Of a DNA stretch of 64,000 nt, positions 47,898 to 59,251 are shown one piece after another. The DNA is from Fistulifera solaris (taxonomy: Eukaryota), in contig AP026146.1 in the NCBI GenBank assembly GCA_030295235.1, positions 558,001-622,000 on the forward strand, given 5' to 3'. Under the pieces are notes generated by a model, which had not been told where the DNA came from, ran no database searches, and saw only the letters and a list, made by a program, of their open reading frames with translations. Numbering within the stretch: the stretch's first letter is position 1; each line of letters starts with the position of its first letter. A program made the position numbers and the translations under genes.

Positions 47898-48800
47898 CTA
47901 CTTATTAACTTCTTCGGGTGTCTTTGCGCTAATTTGCAATGCATGAATACGTGGCATTACATCTCCCAGTAGCATGTACACGAGTTTGTGTCGCTTTACC
48001 AAATTCAAACCTTCAAATGCCGATGCTACAATTTCTAGATTGAAATGTGTTTCCCCGTCTTTGCTGGCTTCTCCATGTCCCGCATGTTGATACGAAACAT
48101 CTTCCAATTTCAGAGAAACAGGCTTGAGAGTTTGCAATCCCTGAACAATAGCCTGATACATGGGTTTCTCATCTCCGCCTGTAGAACTCGTCGTCTCACT
48201 CGGCCCAGTCGCCTGGTAATTCGCCTCTAGTTGCTTCGCTTTCATCTTCATGACATTCAACATATTCAGGAAACCATTGTTTCGACCGGGAGTCAGGGAT
48301 GCGGCAATTCCGGTCTTTTGAATGAACCCAGGATCAACGTTTTGAATATCTGCCGCCGTGTTGCCCGACAACCCACGCACCAATAAAGCCACGAGACCTT
48401 TGGTCAATAATCCATCCGAGTCGCCCACAAATTCAATTCGAATAATTCCGTCTCCTTTATCGACCGCAGTACCGTCGACGTAAACTGTACTTAAACAACC
48501 GGGTACTTTGTTTTCTGGAATGGCTTGAGACGGATCGATGGGTGACAATTGAGTCGCCATGTATAAAAGTTGTTTGTATCGGAGTTTGTCATCGCCAATT
48601 GATTCAAAAGCGTTCGCAATCTTGAGCAATTCCGGCGTCAAACGCATAGGATTGTCTGTGTGAGTATCATCTTGTGTCGAACTCGAAGCCGCCGAAGACC
48701 GCAAACCCATTCCGTTGCGTGTACAAAGGGACGTCACGCAAAAGGCATCGTTCATACTGAAGGAGCAGAAAAGGAGCGTTGCGAAAAGAGAAAAGCGCAT
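47898..48800 (-). CDS. sufE: SufE-BolA fusion (plant SUFE1-like), plastid targeted
   Basis: NDA-F presequence; SufE domain VPGCLSTV; BolA domain DVSYQHAGH...ETHFNLEIVASAFEG.NLVKRHKLVY.LL......IHALQI. Confidence 0.95.
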   Translation of the reverse strand: MRFSLFATLLFCSFSMNDAFCVTSLCTRNGMGLRSSAASSSTQDDTHTDNPMRLTPELLKIANAFESIGDDKLRYKQLLYMATQLSPIDPSQAIPENKVPGCLSTVYVDGTAVDKGDGIIRIEFVGDSDGLLTKGLVALLVRGLSGNTAADIQNVDPGFIQKTGIAASLTPGRNNGFLNMLNVMKMKAKQLEANYQATGPSETTSSTGGDEKPMYQAIVQGLQTLKPVSLKLEDVSYQHAGHGEASKDGETHFNLEIVASAFEGLNLVKRHKLVYMLLGDVMPRIHALQISAKTPEEVNK

Positions 48801-49228
48801 TTTATGGAATGAACTATATTATTTGATGAAAAATAACAATCAGTATAGCTTGTATCTTTCGCCTTTCCATTGAAAGGGTGGGTGTTTCGATTGTTGCGAT
48901 GTGCATTCGTTTTTATTTTGTTTTTCCTTCGTGTGACGTGTTTGCTTCAACAAAACACGTTTGGTTAATCGTTCAAAAGATACCTGTGTGACAGTAAAGT
49001 TGATGTTTACGGACGATGGACGGACTGTCCCGCGCCTTCTTCATTCATTCATTTCAATGGCCGCCACACACCCACAAACACGCCAGATTTCTTTTCTTTC
49101 CAACTAGCTAGTGCTTTTTGCTTTGAAAATCTCAAGTCCAACCGAATTGCTTCCATCAATTAACTTTCAAACAGTCACAAATAACTGCAGTAGAGGCGAG
49201 TCGGATCATTTGTCCTTGAATCAAAAGC

Positions 49229-50902
49229 ATGCGACAAAACGCATGCACAGGACATCCTACCCTCAGGTGGCTTTCATTTTTGTTCTTGTTACAACTAGAA
49301 TCATGGAACGTTTCGCAAGCATTCGCCCCTTCTTTACCATCCTCTACCTTTCGCGCTCGCACATCATCTCTTACCGCAGCACAATATGACACACAAACTT
49401 ATATGGCCACTTGTATTCCTGGTTTGGCATCTGTCCTAAGCGAAGAATTGACCGAATTACGTTGCCAACAAGTCACCCCGGCATCTACTTCGGCCGTTTG
49501 GTTCCAAGCTGATTTACCTACCGTTTTGCGTGTAATCTTGTGGGTGCGCACGGCTCACAAAGTACTCGAATTACTTGCAACAGCCGAGGATATTCGCGAC
49601 AAGGACGGCCTCTATCAATGGATCCAAAACACCATTCCGGTCGCCGAAATACTGCAGAGCAACAGCAATCCACAACAACCGTCACAGTGGCTGACGCTAT
49701 CTGTACAAGTTATTCGCAATCAGGTGACGCAGTTGCCTTCGGATTTGACCCATTCTCATTTTACAGCATTGACTATTAAGAATGCTTTGGTAGATCAGGC
49801 ACGTGAACTGTCATCGGATCGACCCAGTGTCAGTTTAGACGATCCGGATGTTCCGCTGGTAGCTATTTTGCACGGATCTTGTGGTGTAGCACAAGTGTCT
49901 CTGTATCGACAGTTGCATACGGATTCCTTGCACAAACGGGGCTACCGATCGGGCGATGCCATTCACAAGGCAGCGATGAAGGAATCATTAGCAGCCGGAC
50001 TGCTGAGGCAAGCTGGCTTTTCTTCTCCGTCACAGTTCTATCAGAAAACGATTGTGGATCCCATGGCGGGTTCCGGGACATTGTTGATCGAAGCGGCTTT
50101 GATGGCGGCTAATATTGCTCCAGGACTCGTGAGCATAAAATGTGGTGGAACAAGGCGACCTCCGGTAGTGCGTTGGCATCATACACAAGATACCATGTCA
50201 CTTTGGAAGGATACTTTGCGAGAAGCGACACAAAACGCTAAAACAGGCTTACAAGAGTTGCGCGAATCGCAATCTTGTCGGTTCTATGGCAATGAATTGC
50301 ATCCGAGTGCTATGCAGCTATTTCGAGACTCGCTGTACCTGGCAGGTCTTTCGGATCTGGTTGAGATTCAACAAGGAAATTGCAATATGTATGAAATACC
50401 CTCTTCCGAAGGTAACGCTGTGACGGTGGTAACGAATCCTCCCTGGGGGATCCGTTTGGAGACTGACGGTGAAGATGAAGCGTGGGATGATTTACGTTCA
50501 TTTCTGCGTTCACAATTGCCACCGGGCAGTGAGGCCTGGGTTTTGTCGGGAAACAAAAATAGTACTCGTCAATTAAAATGGAAACGAACGAACATGTTTC
50601 CGATACAAACGGGACAACAACAGCTACGATGGATTCAATATAAGGTACTTTCCGACGAGGAACGAAATGCACAATTACAAGACGACGATGTCAATGAGAA
50701 AGGGTACGATGGTCGCCCGCGATCTTCGACACGAACATATCGAGAGCTGCAGCGGACACAGCGGCGCGATGAACATCGCACGTCGAAAGGTACGAGTCAC
50801 AATCCAAGAAAGCCGCCAAGGGATTCTGCCGTCCCAAAGCCACAGAAAAATGCTGTCAAATCACAAAGTCAAGCGAGTAACTCCAACGAATGGCTTATAT
50901 AG
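49229..50902 (+). CDS. THUMP-domain rRNA (guanine-N2) methyltransferase, RlmL-like, plastid targeted
   Basis: SQA-FAP; ATCIPGL, SLHKRGYR, AAMKESLAAGLL, DPMAGSGTLLIEAA, VTNPPWG.RL. Confidence 0.9.
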   Translation: MRQNACTGHPTLRWLSFLFLLQLESWNVSQAFAPSLPSSTFRARTSSLTAAQYDTQTYMATCIPGLASVLSEELTELRCQQVTPASTSAVWFQADLPTVLRVILWVRTAHKVLELLATAEDIRDKDGLYQWIQNTIPVAEILQSNSNPQQPSQWLTLSVQVIRNQVTQLPSDLTHSHFTALTIKNALVDQARELSSDRPSVSLDDPDVPLVAILHGSCGVAQVSLYRQLHTDSLHKRGYRSGDAIHKAAMKESLAAGLLRQAGFSSPSQFYQKTIVDPMAGSGTLLIEAALMAANIAPGLVSIKCGGTRRPPVVRWHHTQDTMSLWKDTLREATQNAKTGLQELRESQSCRFYGNELHPSAMQLFRDSLYLAGLSDLVEIQQGNCNMYEIPSSEGNAVTVVTNPPWGIRLETDGEDEAWDDLRSFLRSQLPPGSEAWVLSGNKNSTRQLKWKRTNMFPIQTGQQQLRWIQYKVLSDEERNAQLQDDDVNEKGYDGRPRSSTRTYRELQRTQRRDEHRTSKGTSHNPRKPPRDSAVPKPQKNAVKSQSQASNSNEWLI

Positions 50903-51356
50903 TTTGATATGTGACCCCCAATAAAACATTCAATATTAGGTACCGTACCGAAGCTGGGTTCATGCACAAATGCTTTTCTCAGCGTTGGTAGAGTCAGAAA
51001 GAATTAATGTGCTCCTTCAGATGAACCAACTGGATACACTGTAAATAAAAGGCATAACAGCATCTTAATTGTAATGCTTTCTTATTTAGGTTAAACAAAT
51101 GTCTTCTTCTAATAAATCTACTTAAGGCTTCAACTTTAGCCGATAGCCGTTAGTTCAAGACTGGAATTGAGTCACGACGAGCATCGCGAAAGGCGAAATG
51201 ACGCAAAATGCGGCGCGATCCCATTTTCGCGCAACCATTCGCATTAATTATGCTGGTGCAAAGGTTTGACACTCGCTTGACAAGGTATAGCACTGATTAC
51301 TGTCAAATCATCATCGTAACTCGAGAAGGAAAAGTCGAAACGGTTTAGAATATACA

Positions 51357-52082
51357 ATGGCAGACGGCAATTTGGCAATCGTGAGTGACAAATTCTCGGA
51401 GGAATCGCCTAATGAAACAAAAAGGACACCATTTCCTTTGGGATGGACTCGAGTGAAACGACGAAGAAGCGACAAAAAGGATGAAACTTGCTGCGAAGAT
51501 CCTTTGTGTCGAAAACGTCAAGCTCCTTTGACATCAGCCACCCTGAAGGACGAATCATTATTATCATCATCGACGAATGTGCGTTCGTTTCAAGGAACGG
51601 CGGTATTCTGCTTACACGAAATGAACCCCAGCTGGTTTCAAGGGTATTTCTTCCAAGGAACTACTACATGGGGCATTTTATGTGAACAACAAGAAATTGA
51701 TGATTGTTTGCAGTGTGCCGATGGAGGATACCGTGTTTTAAAAGTAACCTTGCACACATATTCGGGGGGAGCCGATGCACCCGAGAAGATTGTTATTCGC
51801 AATGTTGAATGGACCGGTGGTGATATGATGCGCCTGCTTCAAGCAGAAGGACAGCTCAGTATGGAACCGAAACACATGTACACGGCAGAAAAAGCAGTTC
51901 CGTTGACGAAAAGTATCTTCAAAAATCTTCTTCGAAAGTTGTCTCACGAAAGCGACCCTGTGAAGGAACAGCAGGTATTAGATATTCTTCCTGATGTTGC
52001 CATCATTATGGGCGAAATGAAGGTAATGATACCGATCCATCAAGTAAACGACGAAGAAAATACATCGCTGTCGAATTCATAG
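51357..52082 (+). CDS. Hypothetical protein (241 aa)
   Basis: Intact ATG ORF; no recognised family. Confidence 0.6.
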   Translation: MADGNLAIVSDKFSEESPNETKRTPFPLGWTRVKRRRSDKKDETCCEDPLCRKRQAPLTSATLKDESLLSSSTNVRSFQGTAVFCLHEMNPSWFQGYFFQGTTTWGILCEQQEIDDCLQCADGGYRVLKVTLHTYSGGADAPEKIVIRNVEWTGGDMMRLLQAEGQLSMEPKHMYTAEKAVPLTKSIFKNLLRKLSHESDPVKEQQVLDILPDVAIIMGEMKVMIPIHQVNDEENTSLSNS

Positions 52083-52367
52083 ATTGCCATGCTTTTTCAG
52101 AAGTTATGGAACAATGTGGAACTTAGACAATGAATAAGATCATTCCAGATCCCATTGAATAGTACTTTGCATGTTTTTGGAATCAGTTTGTGCTGGTATA
52201 CACTCTCAAATAGTGCAGTTAGTCGTTTCGTTTAATCTGTCATTGACACTTCACTACCCAGACCGATAAATACAAAAAATAGGCAATATATCCCATACTT
52301 TTTACAGAGATTTATGTTTCGTAAGATAAGGTGTTTGTTCTGCGTCTCCCTCAAAAGTCGAAAACGA

Positions 52368-53107
52368 CTACTTGGAGCGCACAAATTTGACTCGTCGTTT
52401 GGGGCCTTTATACATAAACAGTGTCCCTGTCAGCATGGGAATTTTGATGACATTGTCGTTGCTGGTGGATGCTTTTGAAGCCGGTCGGGGTTTTGGAGGT
52501 AAAACAATTTCTTCAATCCCCTTAAACAATCCCACCGCGTTCCCGGAACTACGGGTAGCGGCTCGTGTTGTGTGAATCTTTTCGGGATTGTCGACCGTCT
52601 TCTTGTTGTTGGAACTTATTGCACCCTTTCGTGAGACAAACACAACAGACTTTTTAGCTTTTGTAATCGTCGGCTTTGTGCTTTTCTTGGAGGGTGAGCT
52701 CCTTCGTTCACTCGACGTGTCCTCGTCACTGTCTGCCAAAGAAGAATTGTTTTCGTGACTTCCTTCGTCTGTAATACTACGCAAGAGACGTTCCGGAATG
52801 CTCTGTTCCTCATTATCTTCAGTTCGAACGATCCAGTGTGTGTCGGGAAGCGTCGTAATGGGAGAGGAATCTTCCTGGACGACCATGGACTTGTCTTCGG
52901 TCTTGGCGAGAAGAATGCCGATCGCCACGGATTTGCCGTGAACGATCTATGTTTCGACGGGGAATGTAGTGATGAGTGCATGTCTAAGAGTCACAGCAGA
53001 CGAGTACTTGTTGTGCACCATACTTTTCCTTCACTTACCTCCACTTTGTCACCAACTTTGTAAAGTCGCGGCGGCTCATCCGACTGGGAACGGCGTGTCG
53101 AAACCAT
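52368..53107 (-). CDS. Hypothetical basic, S-rich protein; intron ~52948-53038
   Basis: MVSTRRSQ...YKVGDKVE|IVHGKSVAIGIL joined by a GTAAGT...TAG intron; C-terminus IKIPMLTGTLFMYKG..RRVKFVRSK. Confidence 0.6.
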
Positions 53108-53759
53108 GTTCGTTGAAGGCGATAAAGAAAGGCAAAAACTACGTTTGCGTGCACCGGATTCTGCTTCAAGCTCTAGCGTTATCAAAGATGGAAAAGTTTT
53201 GAAGTGTCAGGTAAGGAGGTATGCAAAAGACGATTCAATTTCAACAGAATGATTATGTCAACCGTGAGAAAACGACAGAGCATAGGAAAATGCAAAAAAC
53301 AAGTAAATGCGCAGAAAGACGAGATTTGGTCGCCTTTGCTCCGTGTGAGCGAACGCGGAGATGTGAAACGGATGAACTGGCTCGGACACTTTGGAGAAAC
53401 CTCAAGACTACTTTTGTTATCAGAGTGGAATGCTACCGCGGTACCAGATGATAGATTTTACTTAGATAACATTTCGAAACCGACTGTCGATAGTACTTCG
53501 GCTATTGTGTGAGTGGTACTGACAATAGCGTAGTACAAGATACAAGATCAAAGGTGACATGAAAGGGCGCACGACGCACGACGCGTGACCGCGCGAGACT
53601 ACCAATCGCTTCAGTACTCAAGATGTGGTGCGCCAAACCGCGAAACCACAATTCGGAATTGGAATAGTGATGCTGTGAGAAGAACGAATGAGATCTCAAT
53701 AGGCATCCGTTCACATCTCTTTTCAACCTTTACCGTATCCCCTACAGTGTGGTGCATAA

Positions 53760-55259
53760 GAAAGAGGAAACAGTCACTGATACAAGGCAGCACAGGATGG
53801 AAGAGGCGAGTTGCCCATGTACAATCTGCTGCGTGAACCGAATAGCCTTGACGAGTAGTTTGACTGGGATATATTTCAAGATATCACTATTTGATGCGTA
53901 ATAGAATAGTCATTTGTATTAGCGAGTCTGCTTACATACGATTTCGGGAACATTTTGTTTCCTTTACGCTCCACAATGTCGGTAAGTGTCGGTACGCATC
54001 AAGAACTCGTCTGTTCTATTTACGGTGAAAATGTTAAAGCCGTTGCAACTTCCGGTGAAAGACGACTCTTGTCTCGAAATCAACAATTCTATCATTCAAG
54101 GTATATATATAATTTTTACGTTCGATCACTCCAAGGCGAGTAGCTCATTCGCATTGTGGACGCGAATCTCACGCGTCAAATCTGTTTTCGAACTGGAATT
54201 TGAAGCGCAGAGAGCTCTGTCATCTTGGCAACACGACCCTACCCGCTGGATAGGAAGATTTCCGCGAATCGCGTTGCTTCTCCGAATGACGGAACAGCAT
54301 TTGTAGATGCGTTGGAGAAGCAAACATCCCCATTCGGTACACTTACCCTGAAATTGAACAGAGATGGGGAGCCTTTTGACCACGCCAACGTAACTCTCCT
54401 TTTGAAAAGGAACGTGTTCGAAAAGCTCACGCTTTGTTCCCTGAATTTATGAAGACTATAGTATTGTTCCTACCTTTTTCTACCCAGGCAAATATATTTG
54501 AAAATTATATCGAAGAGAATCATTTTCCAACCACTGGTTTTGAATCAGTTGACATTGTGGCAAAGGATCTCCGTTTGACAGTATGCCTTAATGGTGCTGA
54601 CAATGGGGATGAACTCCTCCTCTTGATGTTTAATCGGGTTGCCTCATTGGGTTATATCGAAAGATTTGATTTTTCAGTTGATTACTACGGGGGCGAACTA
54701 CTCCCGGAGCAATTCGATGTGCTTCAAAACTATAGTTGTGTCCAAGCTTCGAAAGTTGCGAAGGCGTTGTCAAGGCGAATACAAAGATGACATACCTGAG
54801 CTTGAGCCGTTTTTATTGGTGTTGGAATTGGTCCCCTTAAGGCATTTGAAAGTCGTTGGAGGACAAAGTAGAATTGCGTGCCTTTTGTTGTAGACAACTA
54901 CCCACCAGAGGACAGTAATTACTCTATGGTGAAGCAAATTGCTAGTGCACAACAGGAAAATCATGGTTCTCGATACTTTAGGCAAAAGGTACACCGACAG
55001 ATCCAATATTGACAAGATTTACTTAATGAATTGCTTTGATTGTCGATTGATCATCCTTTCGAAAGATGCACCACCGTTGCGGCTTGCGTTATTCGCAGCA
55101 ATGCTGACCGGAAGATTGTCCCAGGACTATAAAAGCTGCACTCTTTTTGTCCGACAACACCGACATGCTGCACGGGTTTATTCAAGCACTAAATCGAGAG
55201 GAGCGTATTTTCTCATTAGTTATGGCGAAAGAGCAGACATTGACTTGGATCTACCATGA
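53760..55259 (+). pseudogene. Decayed member of a lineage-expanded hypothetical protein family (Fistulifera-like)
   Basis: Fragments in shifting frames: ELPMYNLLREPNSLDE*FDWD, DGTAFVDALEKQTSPFGTLTL, LPFST, FESVDIVAKDLRL, FNRVASLG; multiple stops. Family recognition is from memory, not a search. Confidence 0.6.
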
Positions 55260-55945
55260 ATGATTGTCCGAAACGTAAATCAAATATGAGATGTCGCGAG
55301 AAAACTGAGCAGCACGGAACGAAACGTACAACTGGTTCTTATCGTTTTCGACCTATTTAGTGCAAGATAAAAAGTATACACATGACCAATGACATCCTTT
55401 TTAAAACAATCATATCGCTGCGTGCAGCAGAACAACAGAGGCGCTGTGGCGCATTGTCGTTGTGATCAATGGTGGTCAGCGAGCGGTCGCGCTGGATTCC
55501 TTAAGGGTTTGTAAGAATAGTTAAAGATAAACTGCGACCCTATTAATCACATTTCAGAACGCCCTAAACCGAGGAACCAGTTTCAAGGACAAGTTGATAA
55601 TAAGGTTTGTTGCGTCGTCGCGAATGCCATGATAAATAGGTGCTTCATAATGGCAACTAATGATCGTTAGAAATCAAGCAGCTTTTGCGCTTTGTTGACT
55701 TTCTGCATTCTCCCTGGGCATTAGTCATTCTGCAGTCTCAGGTGAGATCACGGTTGATATAAGCTGCACTTAAGGATTGCGTGTGCGACAGTTTCCTAAG
55801 TTCCACATCGTCATATCTTTTTTCTGGGCATGCATTAAAGCCAGAATTCTAGACCGATCTGTCTTGAAATCAAACGCATACGCTCAGTCCGTGCTCAAAG
55901 CGACAACTATCGTTAGATGACTTCGAGTAACCATTGATGTCCAAG

Positions 55946-56893
55946 CTACATGATCGCCCGCCCATTCATGATTGCTATGGCTATGCGCTCTCGACAAAGT
56001 GTGATGTGAGTTTGATCGAACAATAGCGGGCAATCTTTCGAAATAAAATCAGCAAACATGCACGTGAACACTCCGCAATCGAAACCTAGTAAATAAAGGG
56101 ATGAGATGTGTGCTGAAGGTCGATGTGTGCTGAAGGTCGATGTGTGCTGAAGGTCATACACTTCCATGCTTTCAAACGCGCAAGAACCACGTACCATTTC
56201 GCTGTCGCGGGGTATCCGATGTGCACTCAATGAATTCCCATTCATCTTCATCAGGCAGCGGGCACTTCTTCTTGTCTTGGTGTTCGTCCTTCAAGTACTG
56301 AAATAATGCATTTAAATAACGACATCCATCGCCACCCATCGAGTCGTAGAACTGAATGCGTTTCGCTTGCATAAAAATAACAGAGCAAACCCAATGCATG
56401 TTGTTCTGATTAATTGGAAAGATAATCTTGTCTAAATCAAAAATATCTTTTCCTAGTTGTATAGGTTCGTGCGTATGAGATCATGCGAAGGATGGCAAAG
56501 AAATTTTAGGCAAAACAGTCGTTTGTCGACACTTACCAGGAACTTTTTTCGACCATCGTTTGACATTGCGATATTCATACGTGCCGTTCTTTGCTGGGTT
56601 AGCATGACCCTCATTCAACAATGATGTGATGAAAAACGACTTAAAAAGTGACTTCGCTTGCGCTGAGGATCCTGCTTGCACATTTCTTCGTCTCGACGCG
56701 CTAACATGACGTAGAAGAAGTGAATAACCTCGTCAGTGAGCCAGCCACCCGGGCGCAAGGTGTGCATCGATGCCCTTGTTACCGAATCGGCATCAAATCT
56801 CGCCAAAATTTCATGATCAGGTCCACTTCCATGTATAGCTTCCGCTACAATCTCTTTCTCATCTTCTGTCAAGGGGCGCATGAGTTCTGCCAT
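55946..56893 (-). other. Duplicated catalytic (C48) half of the Ulp1/SENP gene, lacking the 5' region
   Basis: Same exons and introns as 56984-57931; possible in-frame start MAELMRP at 56893. Confidence 0.6.
56105..56155. repeat. 17-bp intronic tandem repeat x3 (also at 57143-57193)
   Basis: GATGTGTGCTGAAGGTC x3 inside the last intron of the SENP gene. Confidence 0.95.
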
Positions 56894-56983
56894 TCGCTGC
56901 TTCGCTTCCTTTTCGAGGCGAATTCTTTCAAGTTCCTCGATAGCTTTGCTCTTCTTCCGCTCCTCTGCTTTTTCGCATCCAAG

Positions 56984-58743
56984 CTACATGATCGCCCGCC
57001 CATTCATGATTGCTATGGCTATGCGCTCTCGACAAAGTGTGATGTGAGTTTGATCGAACAATAGCGGGCAATCTTTCGAAATAAAATCAGCAAACATGCA
57101 CGTGAACACTCCGCAATCGAAACCTAGTAAATAAAGGGATGAGATGTGTGCTGAAGGTCGATGTGTGCTGAAGGTCGATGTGTGCTGAAGGTCATACACT
57201 TCCATGCTTTCAAACGCGCAAGAACCACGTACCATTTCGCTGTCGCGGGGTATCCGATGTGCACTCAATGAATTCCCATTCATCTTCATCAGGCAGCGGG
57301 CACTTCTTCTTGTCTTGGTGTTCGTCCTTCAAGTACTGAAATAATGCATTTAAATAACGACATCCATCGCCACCCATCGAGTCGTAGAACTGAATGCGTT
57401 TCGCTTGCATAAAAATAACAGAGCAAACCCAATGCATGTTGTTCTGATTAATTGGAAAGATAATCTTGTCTAAATCAAAAATATCTTTTCCTAGTTGTAT
57501 AGGTTCGTGCGTATGAGATCATGCGAAGGATGGCAAAGAAATTTTAGGCAAAACAGTCGTTTGTCGACACTTACCAGGAACTTTTTTCGACCATCGTTTG
57601 ACATTGCGATATTCATACGTGCCGTTCTTTGCTGGGTTAGCATGACCCTCATTCAACAATGATGTGATGAAAAACGACTTAAAAAGTGACTTCGCTTGCG
57701 CTGAGGATCCTGCTTGCACATTTCTTCGTCTCGACGCGCTAACATGACGTAGAAGAAGTGAATAACCTCGTCAGTGAGCCAGCCACCCGGGCGCAAGGTG
57801 TGCATCGATGCCCTTGTTACCGAATCGGCATCAAATCTCGCCAAAATTTCATGATCAGGTCCACTTCCATGTATAGCTTCCGCTACAATCTCTTTCTCAT
57901 CTTCTGTCAAGGGGCGCATGAGTTCTGCCATTCGCTGCTTCGCTTCCTTTTCGAGGCGAATTCTTTCAAGTTCCTCGATAGCTTTGCTCTTCTTCCGCTC
58001 CTCTGCTTTTTCGTATTCTTTCTTCAACCGCCTACTCATGTGCTGATCCGCTTTATCAAGATCGTCAACAATGTCCCCGATGATCTTGGGGGACAAGGCC
58101 GCATTCGACACTTCCATCCACATTTTTTGCGACGATCGTAGACCAATGCTGGTGTCTCGAATCTTCAAGGCGTTTAAACTCTGGGAGAACCGATCGATCG
58201 CATCGTCTTTTCTTGTTCCGCTCGTGTCATCCAGTTGCTTTTCCGGAGGAAAATCGAACACAATTGATAATACTTCTTGCGCTTCGTCCCAGGTATTCAA
58301 CGTTTGCGTGTGCCCACCCGGCCTAGTCTCAATCCGACGAATAGCTTCCACGTAATCGTAGCGTCTTCTAATTTCAGTGTCATTTGTTCCTCCTCCAGTG
58401 AAGCGATTCAAAGTAGCCTGAAAAATACTCTGAAAGAAGTTCATTTCTTCTTTTTGCCGCGCGCATAAGAGTTCATAATCTCTTGACTCCCCATGAGCGC
58501 GTTTGCCATAGAAAAGACCGTGCAAGGATGGCGTTTATTTTCTAGCAAATGCAGGACTTCAAGTTTGATCAGTGCAGCGGTAGGATCATTTAGTTGCAGC
58601 GGCTCCGTCATTCTTGTGGAGGTAGACGTTACGTAGTGGTTGGGTTGCCGCCGGGTGTATTTTGCCGTGAAGGATGCTCTGCGGAGAATGGAAATCGACT
58701 TGCGCTTCTCGTCGCGACGTCTTTTTCGTTCTAAAATCGTCAT
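56984..58743 (-). CDS. Ulp1/SENP SUMO protease (peptidase C48)
   Basis: WLTDEVIHF, FF, VKRWSK, DIFDLDKIIFPIN..MHW, IQFYDS, PRQRNG|FDCGVF (His/Asp/Gln/Cys catalytic motifs); two introns; homopolymer frameshifts near 57683 and 58452. Confidence 0.92.
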
Positions 58744-58892
58744 AAGTTGTACGTAAGGTAGGTAATGTTCAAAACAATAGTGCTGAAACGTTGTGATGGA
58801 TAACAACAGCGACGCCAAATACAATTGCGTGTTGGCAGGGCGAGGCGCATGATGATAGTGCATTTCTGTTTGTTCATGTCTATCGTCGGTTA

Positions 58893-58943
58893 CTATAGGC
58901 CAGAGTGTTGGTCGTTTTTCACCAAGACTGCATTTTAGTCATC
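58893..58943 (+). repeat. Dispersed ~52-bp element, copy 6
   Basis: CTATAGGCCAGAGTGTTGGTCGTTTTTCACCAAGACTGCATTTTAGTCATC. Confidence 0.7.
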
Positions 58944-59251
58944 AATCAATGTCAGTCTGTCCTCCATTCTAAAACCGCGGCATTGATCTACGGTTCATGA
59001 AAGAACGGAAACAACTATGTCAAGCCAACAAAAACATTGCGCGTTACCCTCCTTAAACTGTTCCCTCACCTCAATCATTCTAATGCACCCGAAACTATTG
59101 ATGATCCGCCTTTGGATACTTGGCAAGGATCCGCACCAATTACGGAGCAAACGATTTCAGCTTTAGGAAAACGTGAAACATCTAGCGTTTTAAAGTCAAT
59201 GCGATGATCGTTTGATATGAAATTGACTAACTCTTACGTCGAACTATGCAA

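Larger units (their letters stand above)
55940..58013. repeat. Direct tandem duplication: 55940-56975 = 56978-58013 (period 1038)
   Basis: Identical ORFs offset by 1038 bp; 2-nt 'CA' at the junction; no differences seen by eye. Confidence 0.95.
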
